Shown piece after piece: positions 12,532-24,705 of a stretch of DNA of 64,000 nucleotides. The translations under genes were made by a program, and so were the position numbers. This DNA is from Leucoraja erinacea. Its lineage: Eukaryota. The notes under the pieces were generated by a model. That model was given only the letters and a program-made list of their open reading frames with translations. It made no database searches and had not been told where the DNA came from. The stretch lies in assembly GCF_028641065.1 (NCBI RefSeq), contig NC_073398.1, positions 27,094,001 through 27,158,000 of the forward strand, given 5' to 3'. Position 1 is the stretch's first letter; each line of letters opens with the position of its first letter.

Positions 12532-13928
12532 CTGTATTTGAATCAAATATTAAATGGTCAAAATGTCATCTTTCTGGCAGAGCATCCCCATCCCTGGGCA
12601 CTACATGTAACATGTTCATTGAGCATTTGAGTGAGATGGGTGAAGAACTGCTGTAAACACTGTTCAACCTCAACATAAATTGTCATTGAAACAGTACACG
12701 GAACAATGATGATGCAATAAAGCAATTACACAATTGAATATAGAAGGGTCCCGACATGACCCGAAACGTCACCTATCCATGCTCTCCAGAGATGCTGCCT
12801 GCCCTGCTGAGTTACTCCAACGGTTTGTGTCCTTTTGTGTTAACTAGCATCTGCAGTTCCTTGTTTCAACAGAAGTGTAGTTCTGGATTGGAAACATCTC
12901 ACAAACATAAACAAAACTGGATTAGTGTTCAAGCTTGTGTTCCTAATTGACATGAGCAATATCACTGAAACAGAATAACTGGTAATTTACTACATCTGAT
13001 ATCAGGACACAGATGAGCATGAAATAGATGATTATTTGGCTAAAGTGCCCAAAATCGAAATAATATTTATAACATGCAAGGAGATTTAATTCATCATGTA
13101 TGTGTTGATCAAAAAAACAGCTAACCAACCTAATCACACCTACCAACACTTCATCCATAACCCTGCAGTGATGAGGATTTCTTCCTCTACTATCCTTTCA
13201 GACAGTGGGACTTGACCTTTACATTGCCCTGGGAGGGGGAAAAAAATCATCATCTTCCATCTAAGCATTTTTCAAATTACTTTAAGTCTATCCCTCCTGG
13301 GGTTTGCTCCACAGCTAAGAGAAGTAGGTATTTTGTTTCCCCTCCCCCTCCCCAACATTGCCCAATTAAGCTTCCCCTCAGCTTTTGCTGTTCCAAAGAT
13401 AATAGCCTCATCCAAACCCTATACCTAATGCATCCCATCCAATATTTTCAGCGCTACAATTTTCCAGTCCGAACAACATCCTCATAAATCTATTCTGCGC
13501 CTTCTCTTGTGTAATCATAGAACTGCATACAACATTTAGGTTATGGCATGACATACTTTGTTAATACCTCCAGCATAACCTCCCTTCGCTGGTATCTTAT
13601 ACTTTGGCTAATGTAGGAAAGCATCCTGTTTGCCTTTGTAACTCCCTTATTAACCTGTCTTGCTACTTTTAAAGAGGTATGAACATAAATGCAGAGATCT
13701 CTCTGTTCTTCTACACCTCAATATCCTTCCATTTATTATTTATTTGCTTGTTGCACATCCTCAAATCTATTACTTCTCTTGCCAGGATTAAATTATGTCA
13801 CTTTTCTGACCAATTGACCAGTCCAACTACATCTTAGGGCAAAACATTGCCAGTTCCCTGTCAACAGCATGATCAATAGTTTAAGAAGGGTCTTAAAGAA
13901 GGAAATATAGGGAGAAACCCACACACCC

Positions 13929-14215
13929 ACTGTGGCGCAGTGGTAGAATTGCTGCCTTACAGCTCCAGAGACCCGGGTTCGATCCCGACTACGCATGCTG
14001 TGTCTACGAAGTTCGTACATTCTTCCCGTGACCGCGTGGGTTTTCTCCAAGATCTTCAGTTTCCTCCCACTCTCCAAAGACATACAGGTATGTAGGTTAA
14101 TTGGCATGGTGTATGTGTAAATTGTCCCTAATGTGTACAGGATAGTGTTAATGTGCGGGGATCGCTGGTCGGTGCGGACTTGGTGGTCCAAAGGGCCTGT
14201 TTCGCGCTGTATCTC
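13929..14215 (+). mobile_element. tRNA-derived HE1/V-SINE-like SINE
   Basis: Pol III box A tggcgcagtggt, box B ggttcgatccc, central domain and LINE-like tail gggcctgtttcgcgctgtatctc. Confidence 0.85.
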
Positions 14216-15300
14216 AAAAAATTATTTTAAAAAAATAAATAAATATAGAAGAAGAAAAAATGTAGAGAGAATTCCTGAGCCCAGGGCCTTGTCAGCTAAA
14301 GTTAAAACTTATAGGCAGTGAGTTTCCGCCAGTGGAGGATCAATTCAATTAAGGGATGATCAGGAGGTCAGAATTGAAGAAGTACTGTTTTCTGAAAGGA
14401 TTGCAGGACTGGAGCAGATTACAGAGACAAGGGCAGAGTAGATCTTGGAATGAGCTGCAAACAAAGTGAGAATTTTAGAAATCATCACACTGTATTTAGG
14501 AACCCTGGTTGGCAATAAATGTGCTATCGCTAGAATCATTTGATGTCAGTTTCAACGTATGTAGAATTTTTAATAACAACAAGTTTGTGAATAATAGAAT
14601 GTAGAAGGCCTACCACAGTCTATTTGAAAAGTCACTGGAGGTAGAATGGCATAGCTGAGACTTTCAGCAACAGGTGAATTGAGATGTGCAGCAGGGCCAC
14701 ACTATGTCACAGAAGTAGAAAATAAGTGACACTGTGGTTAGAAAGATCATTTCTGGGTCAGAACAGACATCTAGTTGCAGATCACCATTGTTCAGTTTAA
14801 AACAGATACCAGGCAGAGGGATGACATCAGTAACAAAGTCTGTGACCAAATTTAGCATATGGCTTCAGCCGATCCAATATTCAGTGTGATGAAATATCTG
14901 TTCATCCAGTGCTGTTTGTTGGATAAGATGTTTGACACCATAGGGTCAGAGAGGGGCTGACTTGAAATGAAATTCTTGGACTGGCTAAAGGAGTTACTAA
15001 AAAAGATTTTGAAATTATCAAATGACATTTGTGCAAAGCAGCAATTGACAAAAGAAGCAACATGTGGAGATATAATCCAAAAGAGAAAAAATACAGTATA
15101 GGTTTGGAAGGATGCTGTTATATTAATATCAAAAGTACAATCAAGGAAAGGAACATGGAAAAATGTTACACCAACTCTGAAATTATCCTGATTTCACATG
15201 TTTTATATATAACTTTTAAATTTATTTGGATGGCACAGAACTCATACAGGAGCCAAACCAGCGCTCAATGAAAATGGAAATTGAACTTAGCTTAAACTAA

Positions 15301-15478
15301 ATGTTTAAGAAAGAACTGCAGATGCTGGTAAAATCGAAGGTAGACACAAAATGCTGGAGAAACTCAGCGGGTGAGGCAGCATCTATGGAGAGAAGGGTCT
15401 CGACCCAAAATTTCGGCAATTCCTTCTCTCCATAGATGCTGCCTCACCCGCTGAGTTTCTCCAGCATTTTGTATCTAC
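15301..15478. mobile_element. Palindromic hairpin element (Penelope-like derivative) with 15-bp TSD
   Basis: Arms aaaatgctggagaaactcagcgggtgaggcagcatctatggagagaagg and their reverse complement; flanked by cttagcttaaactaa at 15286-15300 and 15479-15493. Confidence 0.8.
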
Positions 15479-16067
15479 CTTAGCTTAAACTAATCCTTAA
15501 GTGAGTACAACAAGGAAAAAGGGATTAAAAAGACTTGCTATGGACAAATAACAGCAAATAAACAACAATGAGAGAAAATGCATGAGAATTATATATAGAG
15601 AAAAAATTAGAAAATATATTGTTTAAGGGAAATATAAGCAAAATGTAATTAATTTTCCTTCCAGTTATGCAAATTTAGTTTTTTACTTTTTGCCATGAGC
15701 AAGACATTGGGAGATGAACTAGTTCTGGATTTTTGAAGAAACCTGAATGTAAATCTAAATCACAGTTTGCATCTCCATACTATAACAATGAATCCTACTT
15801 TTGATATCACATCAGTAAGATATTATTAGTATTGTGGACAAGTTTCCCGAGCACCTTGCAGTTTAATCAGTCTGACCCGATTTTCTAGACTGCACCCACA
15901 TGGCATGAGCTGTGGATGCTTGCCAGAGTTGTAGATTTGTTCATCTTTTCCCATCCTTTTATTTTTTTGTACTAATCTATGTATTGAACATCAAAAAGTC
16001 AATGCCATTGTGTGTCACATATACTAACATAAATGTTTACCTGACTTTTCTTGTTTTTTAATCAGGT

Positions 16068-16523
16068 TCCACCAGGTTAATTCCCCAGATGATGTATGAT
16101 GAAAGAATGGGTCGACTGGGCTTGTATTCACTGGAATTTAGAAGGATGAGAGATGATCTTATCGAAACATATAAAATTCTTAGGGGATTGGACAGGGTAG
16201 ATGTAGGAAAAATGTTCCTGATGTTGGGGGAGTCCAGAACCAGGGGTCACAGTTTAAGAATAAGGGGTAGGCCTTTTTGGACTGAGATGAGGAAAAACTT
16301 TTTTACCCAGAGAATCTGTGGAATTCTCTGCCACAGAAGGCAGTGGAGGCCAATTCACTGGATGTTTTCAAGAGAGAGTTATATTAGCTCTTAGCTCTTA
16401 GGGCTCGGAATAAAGGGATATGGGGAAAAGGCCGGAACGGGGTACTGATTTTGGATGATCAGCCATGATCATATTGAATGGCTCGAGGGGTCGAATGGCC
16501 TACTCCTGCACCTATTTTCTATG
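16068..16523 (+). mobile_element. CR1-like LINE 3' end
   Basis: ORF MMYDERMGRLGLYSLEFRRMRDDLIETYKIL... plus the CR1 tail. Confidence 0.88.
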
Positions 16524-19033
16524 TTACTCGGAAGTTGAATTTAGTTCAAATGTCCATGGAGTTCTCTGGAATTTACAGCCAAACGTTCAAATATTGACAT
16601 TTTATTTGCAGCGTGCAGTAGTAAATGAACATTGTTTAACCCCCTATTTTCTCTCTCTCATCTTTCCCCATTCCATTACCTTTGCATGGAGATCTATGAT
16701 TTGCTGCCAACAACATCTCATCTACTGATTTTTGTCTCAGCTAGTTCGAAATTTGTTATAGTGCAATGCAGTCTGAAGGATTACACGTTCCATTCAGTGA
16801 ACTATATAAACATAAAAATGATCTTGACTCAATGCTAGTATTTCAGTCACTGAACACTGCTTTGTGATGTCATGAGGGGAGCTGCTTGAAACCAGGACAT
16901 GTTGTGACATAATAAATATTGACCAGCTGCTGGACAATCCAGTGCTATCCCATAGAGAAGATGTATTTCCGAGAGCTTTATTAAGCGAAGTAAGTTGTAA
17001 ATTGAAATCTAAGATCAATTACAGTTATTTTGGGTGATATGGGGTAATGTAATAAACATTTGGCCACGTAATGTGTTAATTCCTGATGTGTAATCCACTG
17101 CAGGTGTGGTAATGATCTTAACATGTCCCAAGATAAGCCCATTTTTTAAACCATATAATAACAGCCACTTTTCGAGGTTGATATAAACTTTTTCCAGGAT
17201 TCCCCTCCTAGATTTGCTCTCCTAGTTCCTCTCCCAGTTTTGCTGTCCAATGATGTATTGCTAAAGATCATTCTGAAGACTTTGATTGAGAACAACTGGG
17301 ATCTCATTGTGATGATCTTAACAGCCAAATATAAAACTCAGTCGCTTTGTAACCGGACCTCTGGTGCAACATATGGGTTATTGTAATACATTTGTGTTTT
17401 ACACTGTACTTCAACATCAGCAGGGTTGGATTGCACCTGAAAGGTTATCTCACTTTTCACAGAAGCTGATAAACCCACTCTAAACTCATGGCATTTCTTA
17501 ACTTTATTAAAAACATTAATGTAACATTAACTGACCTGCCTATCAACCTAATTAAACATTTCCTATCTGCTAGCAAAAACATATGTACAGAATAAGGGAA
17601 AATGTTAAAAGTAAATTTTCATTTTTTTAAAAAAATTGAACATTTATAGAAACAGAGGTGGGAAAACAGTACCTTTGATTCTCGAAATGTTCTTTTTTTC
17701 AAAAAAGAATTGAGAATTGACTTTTAAAATTAACAGAAGATTTCAAACTGCTTTTGAACATTACATTTGATTTATTCATTCCACATGAATAATAATAATT
17801 AATATAATAAACATATAACCAATACAGGGAGTGTCATCAAACTTGCCCTGGTGATCTTTTACAAAGGGCTCTTCCATGCTTTACCATACATAGGCAATCA
17901 CCCTAAGCTCGACTGAAGCAGTTATGAACCCTGAGTTTTTTTCATGATCCTTCAAATTTCAACACGAGTCCTGTCTCTTGGTGCTCCCAACACAATATTG
18001 AATCTTAGTCACACTTGTTTGCAGTGTTTGCACATCCACGTGCATCTAATGAGCCTTACTTCAAAATGATAAATTCTCCTGCTCAATTTCTGTTTAGTAA
18101 TCTTATTTAAGAAATTAACAGTCCTTTTGATGATATTCAGAAATGAAATCAAGAAATCCTCTTGGGAATTTGCAAAGACGTGGGGTGAGGCTTACGCATC
18201 AAAGGAAAATGGCAAAATTGAGATTATTCGAATTTTTCTTAGGTGAGATTATTATGGGCTATGAAACCAAAATGGATAACTGGAAGGTATAGAAAAACAG
18301 ACATCATTTAATTTAACTTTTATTTCTATTGTCCAAATTGTAATAATCTCCAACTCATCTGTGACTTTCAGTGGATGCAGAACAATTTCTCCTTTTTATT
18401 GAATTAGTATTTTAAAGGTCCTGACTTAGACTTTACCCCTCTCCCTATGTTTTCAGATCATAATTCTTGCCTGTCATCCACCCATCATATTCAGACTCCA
18501 TCACTGGTATCCTTTTCACTAAAAGCTTATAAACACAGTATTCAAGAACTTCCCAATTACTCAGAGTCCAAAACACAACCATCTGCTATACTCTATTTGT
18601 TGCTGCCATAGAATTTGTAGCATCAGCTCAACTCTCTTAAGAAATGCAGCAACCACAGTGTGGTACTGTACCACATGAACTTGAATTAAACTTTAAAAAA
18701 AACGACCTCATCAGTTCTGGGGAATTAAGGAATAGTGAATAAATTCTGGCATTTCTAGCAATGTCCCTTAAACGAATAAGCCACTTTCCTATTTGAGGAG
18801 GCCTGGATTATTGATCCAAGAATCCCACAAATGCAGTTTAAGTACTTAAATGCAAATGTTTGAAATTGCTGAAAAAAATAATTAGTATTAGTAATGGTGA
18901 ATATGGGTGACAAGGAAAATGTTGGGACAGTCATATAAAGCCCTCTGATTCATTGATGTCCTTCCGGGAAGGAATGTCGAACTTTCTTGCCTGATAGGAT
19001 GATTCCAGACCCTGTAAGGTGATTGAATCTTAA

Positions 19034-19361
19034 TGGGCCTGTCCCACTTAGGCAATTTTTTAGGCAACTACAGGAGACTAGTTTGTCGCAACGTGTTCGC
19101 GGGTGGTTGCCGGGAGTAGTCTCCTCAGTCGTGCAAAAAGTCATAGCTGCATTCTGGTCGCCGCTAAATTTTCAACATGTGGAACGTTTTTCGGCGACAG
19201 TGGGTTTGACGTCAATGAACATAGCTTGACTTCTCCTGACGTAGGTGCTGATGTAGGTTGTCGCCAGGATGACGTAGGTTGTTGCCGGTTTTTCAACGAC
19301 CTGCTATGACTATGACAGTCGCCGGCAGTTGCCAAAAAAATCACCAAGTGGGACAGGCCCA
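19034..19361. mobile_element. PIF/Harbinger-type MITE
   Basis: 16-bp TIR tgggcctgtcccactt / aagtgggacaggccca; TAA TSD at 19031-19033 and 19362-19364; non-coding and CpG-rich. Confidence 0.8.
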
Positions 19362-20379
19362 TAACATCTAGCTATAACGCCTACACAAACCACTTATTCC
19401 GAGGGGCAGGTTGGAGAATGGATGTTGACTTTGACAATTATGTCTGTGTGGATACTTTAAATAGGGAACTCCACTAGGTGTAATGTGGACCGTAGACATA
19501 AGAGATTACAAATGCTCGATTCTTGAGCAAAAAAGAGTGCCGGAGGAACTCAGCAGGCCAAGCAGCATCTGTGGAGAGAAAGGGACAGACAACATTTTGG
19601 ATCAGTGTAAAGAAGGGGTCCTGATTCAAAACATCATCTGTCCATTTCCCTCCACAGGTGCTGGCTGGCTTGCTGAGTAACTCCAGCACTTAGTTTTTTT
19701 GAATCTGCACTGCGTCATTTACCAAAGTGTTCCGTGGACACCAGGAGACAGCTGTAGACCAGTAATATATATTATGGTATGTGGAAAAGTAACATATTCC
19801 AACATGAGAACAATCAAATCTCTCATGACCTCAATTCCAAAAAATCAATAAAGGTAACACTTACTTTGCACTTTCAGCTTAGGTGAAAGCACCTTACGAC
19901 AGCCAAGCCTGAGGAAGAACCCTCCCTTTAAATATTTGATGGTGAGCTTGACTCACTGAATTTGTAATCGTAAAGTTACCTTCTGACTCACGAGAAAGAA
20001 ATTCTCAAATATATATTTCAGCCAAGACTCCATCTACATAGATTTCACCTGACCCTACAGACCATATAACCATATAACAATTACAGCACGGAAACAGGCC
20101 ATCTCGGCCCTACGAGGCAAGGAATGGCTCAATTACCAGGACCAGAGGTATCTAAGGCGTTCTATTCATTAACAGTGGAATTGTCCATCACCTGATTTCA
20201 AGTTTATTATTAAAACTTCATGAATTTAATTGTACAGTAATGCCATAGGTTTAAAATATCCAACTTAGGCAAGATTATGCATTAACAGAAACAAACAATA
20301 ACTTCATAGGCAAACATTCTGTTCAGATGGTTTAGTTGAGTGATGTTTAGTGGTCAGGTCAGGGAAAAAACCTCATCTT

Positions 20380-20680
20380 TTAGTTTAGAGATACAGCGCG
20401 AAACAGACCCTTAGGCCCACCGGATCCGCGCCGACCAGCAATCCCCGCACATTAACACTATCCTGGGAACAATTTTATTTTTACATTTACTAAGCCAATT
20501 AACCTATGAACCTGTACGTTTTTGGAGTATGGGAGGAAACCAAAGATTGCGGAGAAAACCCACGCAGGTCACATGGAGAACTTACAAACTCCGTACAGAC
20601 AGCACCTGTCGAACCCGGGTCTCCGGCGCTGCATTCGCTGTAAGGCGCAGCAACTCTACCGCTGCGCCACTGTGACCGCC
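20380..20680 (-). mobile_element. HE1/V-SINE-like SINE
   Basis: Reverse complement of the 13929 family, with a (ctaaa)n tail. Confidence 0.85.
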
Positions 20681-20874
20681 CTTTGAAATTTTCTTTGAAA
20701 TAATGTTGTGGGATTTTTTGTGTATATACTGGATAGAACCACCAGAGTTTGGGTGTGAATCGTTTGTAAAAGACTGATTTACATCTGAGAGAGTGGTTCT
20801 TCCTCAGTACTGTTTTGGTATGTTTTAGCCATGAACTCTCCACCGATAATAGATTCTGGTCTGATTCTTTGTAC

Positions 20875-21066
20875 CTGAATAAAATCACTTTCAAAGACGG
20901 CAGATTGAGCAAAGAGGTTATACTCCCGAGATCGAAGGAGCTTGTGTAGTGATCCACCTTCCACACCGAGCTGTGCGGGACTGGGTCTTGAAGATCCCGT
21001 GCTAGAATTGACGGCCTCTGTTATACCTGTGAAGAAATCACTTCTGTATGAAGTTGACTGATCCAT
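20875..21066 (-). CDS. GARIN-like exon 1
   Basis: MDQSTSYR...GSLHKLLRSREYNLFAQSAVFESDFIQ; in-frame stop upstream of the ATG; donor GTac at 20874-20873. Confidence 0.85.
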
Positions 21067-21960
21067 CTTCACTCTGCCCCTCCACTATGCAATTCTCAGG
21101 TCAATTCTCTTTCCAAGTTACTGCACTTCTCTTGTGCACCTGTTGAGTTGTTTCTCTGTGAAGAATTCCATTTCATCTCTCCATCACTCCAGTAATTGAC
21201 AGTTGAAGTTAATACACAAAAGGATTGTAGTTGCTGTTATCAAACTCTTTCCAATTGGATCACGCTATATCCAACTGGCACCATACCAGTGAAAGTCAAG
21301 TGTTACTCAGATTGGGTTCATTGAGATGACAGCAGATGGAGGTGTCATAATAGTTGTCAGGGGTGCATCACCTTTCTAGTGAGATCATAGACCTACAGCA
21401 GTGTGGGGAAAGCAGAAACATAAAATAGCACTACATGTCAATGATCAGATGTATCTACTTTTTTGACAATTATCCTCCAATTGCATTCTTGGTGCACTCA
21501 ACTTTCATCCCACTGGCGTAAACATGGCTGATTCTCTTTCTCACTTCCATGCCCAGGCAAGGTGCGTCTTGCTTTGAGCTGTTGATGCATCCAATTTGTC
21601 ACATTTCCTTGGATCTCATGCACTAATCAATCTGATCAATCTGTCAAGTTAGGACCATGCTAACTACTTTATTAAAATTATATACGAGTTTCAGCCATCG
21701 CTACTTTCTCAGCCATGATCTTTTCTCTAAAACTCCAGACTGACCAATCCTTGTTTTTCCTGGTGGTGCTTTATACTACCCTTCAGAAAGCTTTCAAGTA
21801 ATTTGCCCACCAATTAATTTAAGGCTTAATTACTCAAATTATCCTTTGTTTCCTTATTAGACAACTATATTCAATTGGCATATTTATAATCAATGGGCAG
21901 AGCACCTGCTTCTAAAGAAAATTAGAAATAATGTCCGGAATGTCTATTTTAATTCATGGC

Positions 21961-22255
21961 TAGTTTAGTTTAGAGATACAGTGTGGAAATAGGCCCTTCG
22001 GCCCACCGAGTCCACACCGACCAGCCATCCCAGCACATTAACACTATCCTACACACACACGGGACAATTTACACTTAAACCAAGCCAATTAACCTACAAA
22101 CCTGTGCGTCTTTGGACTGTGGGAGGAAACCGAAGATCTCGGCGAAAACCCACGTGGTCACGGGGAGAACTCCGTACAAACAACACGTAGTCGGGATCAA
22201 ACCCGGGTGTCTGGCACTGCAAGGCAGCGACTCTACTGCAGCACCACTGTGCCAT
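21961..22255 (-). mobile_element. HE1/V-SINE-like SINE, followed by a degenerate plus-strand copy at ~22300-22560
   Basis: Same SINE consensus. Confidence 0.83.
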
Positions 22256-23904
22256 CCTAAATGTTTTGAATAGAATGATTAGGTGGGCACCTAATGTCTC
22301 GTAGCTTCAGTGATCCCGGTTCGATCCTTAACTCTAGTGCTATCTTTTGCATATTCTCCCTCTTTCAGTTTGCTCCCACATACCAAGGATGTGTGAATTG
22401 ATAGGTTAATTGGCCATTATAAACAGCTCCTAACATGTAGGTGAGTGGTGGAATTCAGTGGGGAGAATAAAATGACATTAGTGTAGGAATGTCATATTAT
22501 TCTCTAATGATGTTGTAAACGGATGCTTAGTGGCTAACATAACTGTATGGAAGTGCCTGTTTCTCTGATTTTGTAATTTTTCCCTACTTTTTAAGTTGCT
22601 ATTTGCCCTGCCCTTTTCAATTCCCCAGTTTATCCACTGTGGCCTCTTTCATAGAATTACTTCTCACAGCCATAATTCATTGAATCATAGCAATTTACAG
22701 CCTAGAAGTAAGCTATCATGCCTATCTTGTCTAGAATTTTCAGGTGCTCATCAAGATACTTTTAAAATGTTTCTGCTTTCCTCACACCTTCAGCAAGTTT
22801 GAGTAAAACAATGTTTTCTCAACTCCATTTTAAACTTACCAATCAACTTAAATCGGCATTCCTTGTTACCGACTTCTCTGTTAATGGAAATAAGTTATTT
22901 CTTTTTATAACCTTCTGAAAACTTTAGGCACCTTAATTCAATATCCCAAGTGGCAGTGTGAGTTGTGAGGAAGATGGCAAAAAGATTCAAAGAAAGGTAG
23001 ATAAGCTAAATGACTGGGTGAGAACAGGGCAGATGCAAATGCAGTTTAGAACAATGTGTGGATTCCACTTTGGTAGGAAGACAAGAAAAGTAGAGGATTT
23101 TTTTTAAATGGTGGGAGGTTGAACATTGTTGCTGTTCAGAGGGACCTGGGTAACCTTACACAAGAATCACTGAAAGTTACATACAGGCATCTCAAGCACT
23201 TAGGAATGAGCTATTTACCTTGAGAGACGTTCAAATGCCAATGGCATGGATCTAAAGCACATGGTAGAAAGATTAGAGGGGAGATGACACGTTGTGGAGG
23301 GAACAGTCCCTGTAGAAACCGGTGTGGACGGGAAGATGTGACAGGTGGCAGAAATGTAAATCAGCTATTTGCATAGTCTGCAAATCCTCCGTCTACAATT
23401 CATGGTCGGAGGCTATCAAATAAATTACTTTTGAAACTGACTAGGCAATCTCTTCTATTGACACTTATAATGTACTTTATCAAACAATGTAACATCCATT
23501 GATATTTTAAGGTCATCGAAACTATCCGTTGGATATGGGCCATTCTGTTTTGTACTATTGTAACACATCAAAGACAATAAATAATTGTTTATGTCAATCC
23601 ACTCAATGAAATTGTGTCTGACAACACCCAACCTAGAACTGGGACTCCCTGTATTTAATTGTGCTGTTGCAGGGGAAATCAAGGATAGTTAGAGAAGGGT
23701 TTTTTTGTGCATTGAGTACATATCAGCTCCATGCAAAAGTACAATAGTTATCATTTCTTCATAGACTTTAAAATTGTTTCACCTCACATACTTCTCTGAC
23801 TCAGTTTTGAATGCTTTGATTGAATTCATCTCCACTCAATGCATTTCAGACTAACAGACTTGAAACAGCTATATGTCAGGACCACAATCTGAATTCTTCT
23901 GAAG

Positions 23905-24035
23905 TGTGAAGAAGGGTTCTAACCCAAAACGTCACCTATTCCTTTTCGCCAGAGATGCCGCCTGACCTGTTGAGTTATTCCAGCATTTTGTGTCTATCTT
24001 TGGTTTAAACCAGCATCTACAGTTCCTTCCTATAC
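23905..24035 (+). mobile_element. Hairpin-family single arm
   Basis: gtgaagaagggttctaacccaaaacgtcacctattcc...cagcatctacagttccttcc. Confidence 0.7.
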
Positions 24036-24479
24036 ATATGTTGGGCCCATCCAGGTTTAAGAGAAATTGATTGTGAAAAGATTTCACAAAGGTGTGCCCT
24101 TTTTCCCACTAAATCGAATTCCTTATGGGCACTTTATCTGCAAATATTGAATATGGGCCTGATCCAACCAGTCTTGGCTGAGTATTCGTCCTGCACTCAT
24201 GAAACAGAAAGAAGCTGTGAATTGTAGTGGCTCAGTTTAGCGGAGCTGATAGATTAGCAAAAGAAAATCTGCTTTTTGTTACCAAAAGGTCGAATCATGA
24301 AGCAGGCCCTGCAGTCCACCATGTGCCGACTGACCATGTGCTGACTTAAGTACACGTCCACACTAATTTTATTTTATTCTTGTCAGATTTTAGTTATTAT
24401 TGAGAAATCATATTTTGAATATTAAATCAAGTAATTTGAGCTCTTCTAAAAAGTGTGGAAGGAAACGGACTTTTTAATT

Positions 24480-24551
24480 TCTGAAGCGGACTGTTTGGTT
24501 TAACGGGTTGGTTCCCGTCGGAAGAGTTGTTCAGGCGGCACAGTAAAGATG
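24480..24551 (+). promoter_or_regulatory. RBM28: RBM28 proximal promoter / 5' UTR
   Basis: Local CpG enrichment, an ETS-like CGGAAG (~24519) and a YY1-type AAGATGGC overlapping the ATG. Confidence 0.55.
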
Positions 24552-24705
24552 GCAGCGCCCGCAGGGGAGGATCAGGCTGTCGCTCAGAGCCGTTTGAGGA
24601 CCGTGTTCGTGAGAAACCTGCCGACCTCGGCTAACAACGAGCGGCTAGAGGAGATTTACAGCGAGCTGGGGCCGGTGAAGCATTGTTTCGTAGTGAAGGA
24701 GAAAG
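24549..24705 (+). CDS. RBM28: RBM28 exon 1
   Basis: MAAPAGEDQ...[35 protein letters not shown]; donor GTtagg. Confidence 0.93.

Larger units (their letters stand above)
7680..21066 (-). other. Whole gene: GARIN/FAM71-family (Golgi-associated RAB2 interactor-like, DUF3699), 5 coding exons, ~396 aa
   Basis: Exons of 192+167+477+80+275 nt join in frame with GT-AG boundaries. FAM71 motifs EYNLFAQSAVFESDFIQV, VDIHN...TLGITASVPFLPLPNILIVA and RMLPMKLVRLSVH...LKLVLANRSTFYLQL...WEELI. Adjacent to CALU like human FAM71F1/2; the exact paralog cannot be assigned. Confidence 0.85.

Noticed and set aside
13929-14000. tRNA-like A/B boxes
   Set aside because: SINE heads lacking a full cloverleaf; not tRNA genes.
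17338-17436. Possible phase-0 poison or alternative last exon in GARIN intron 1 (ctttcAG|VQSNPADVEV...QSD-stop)
   Set aside because: Weak pyrimidine tract, no recognisable homology and no other support.
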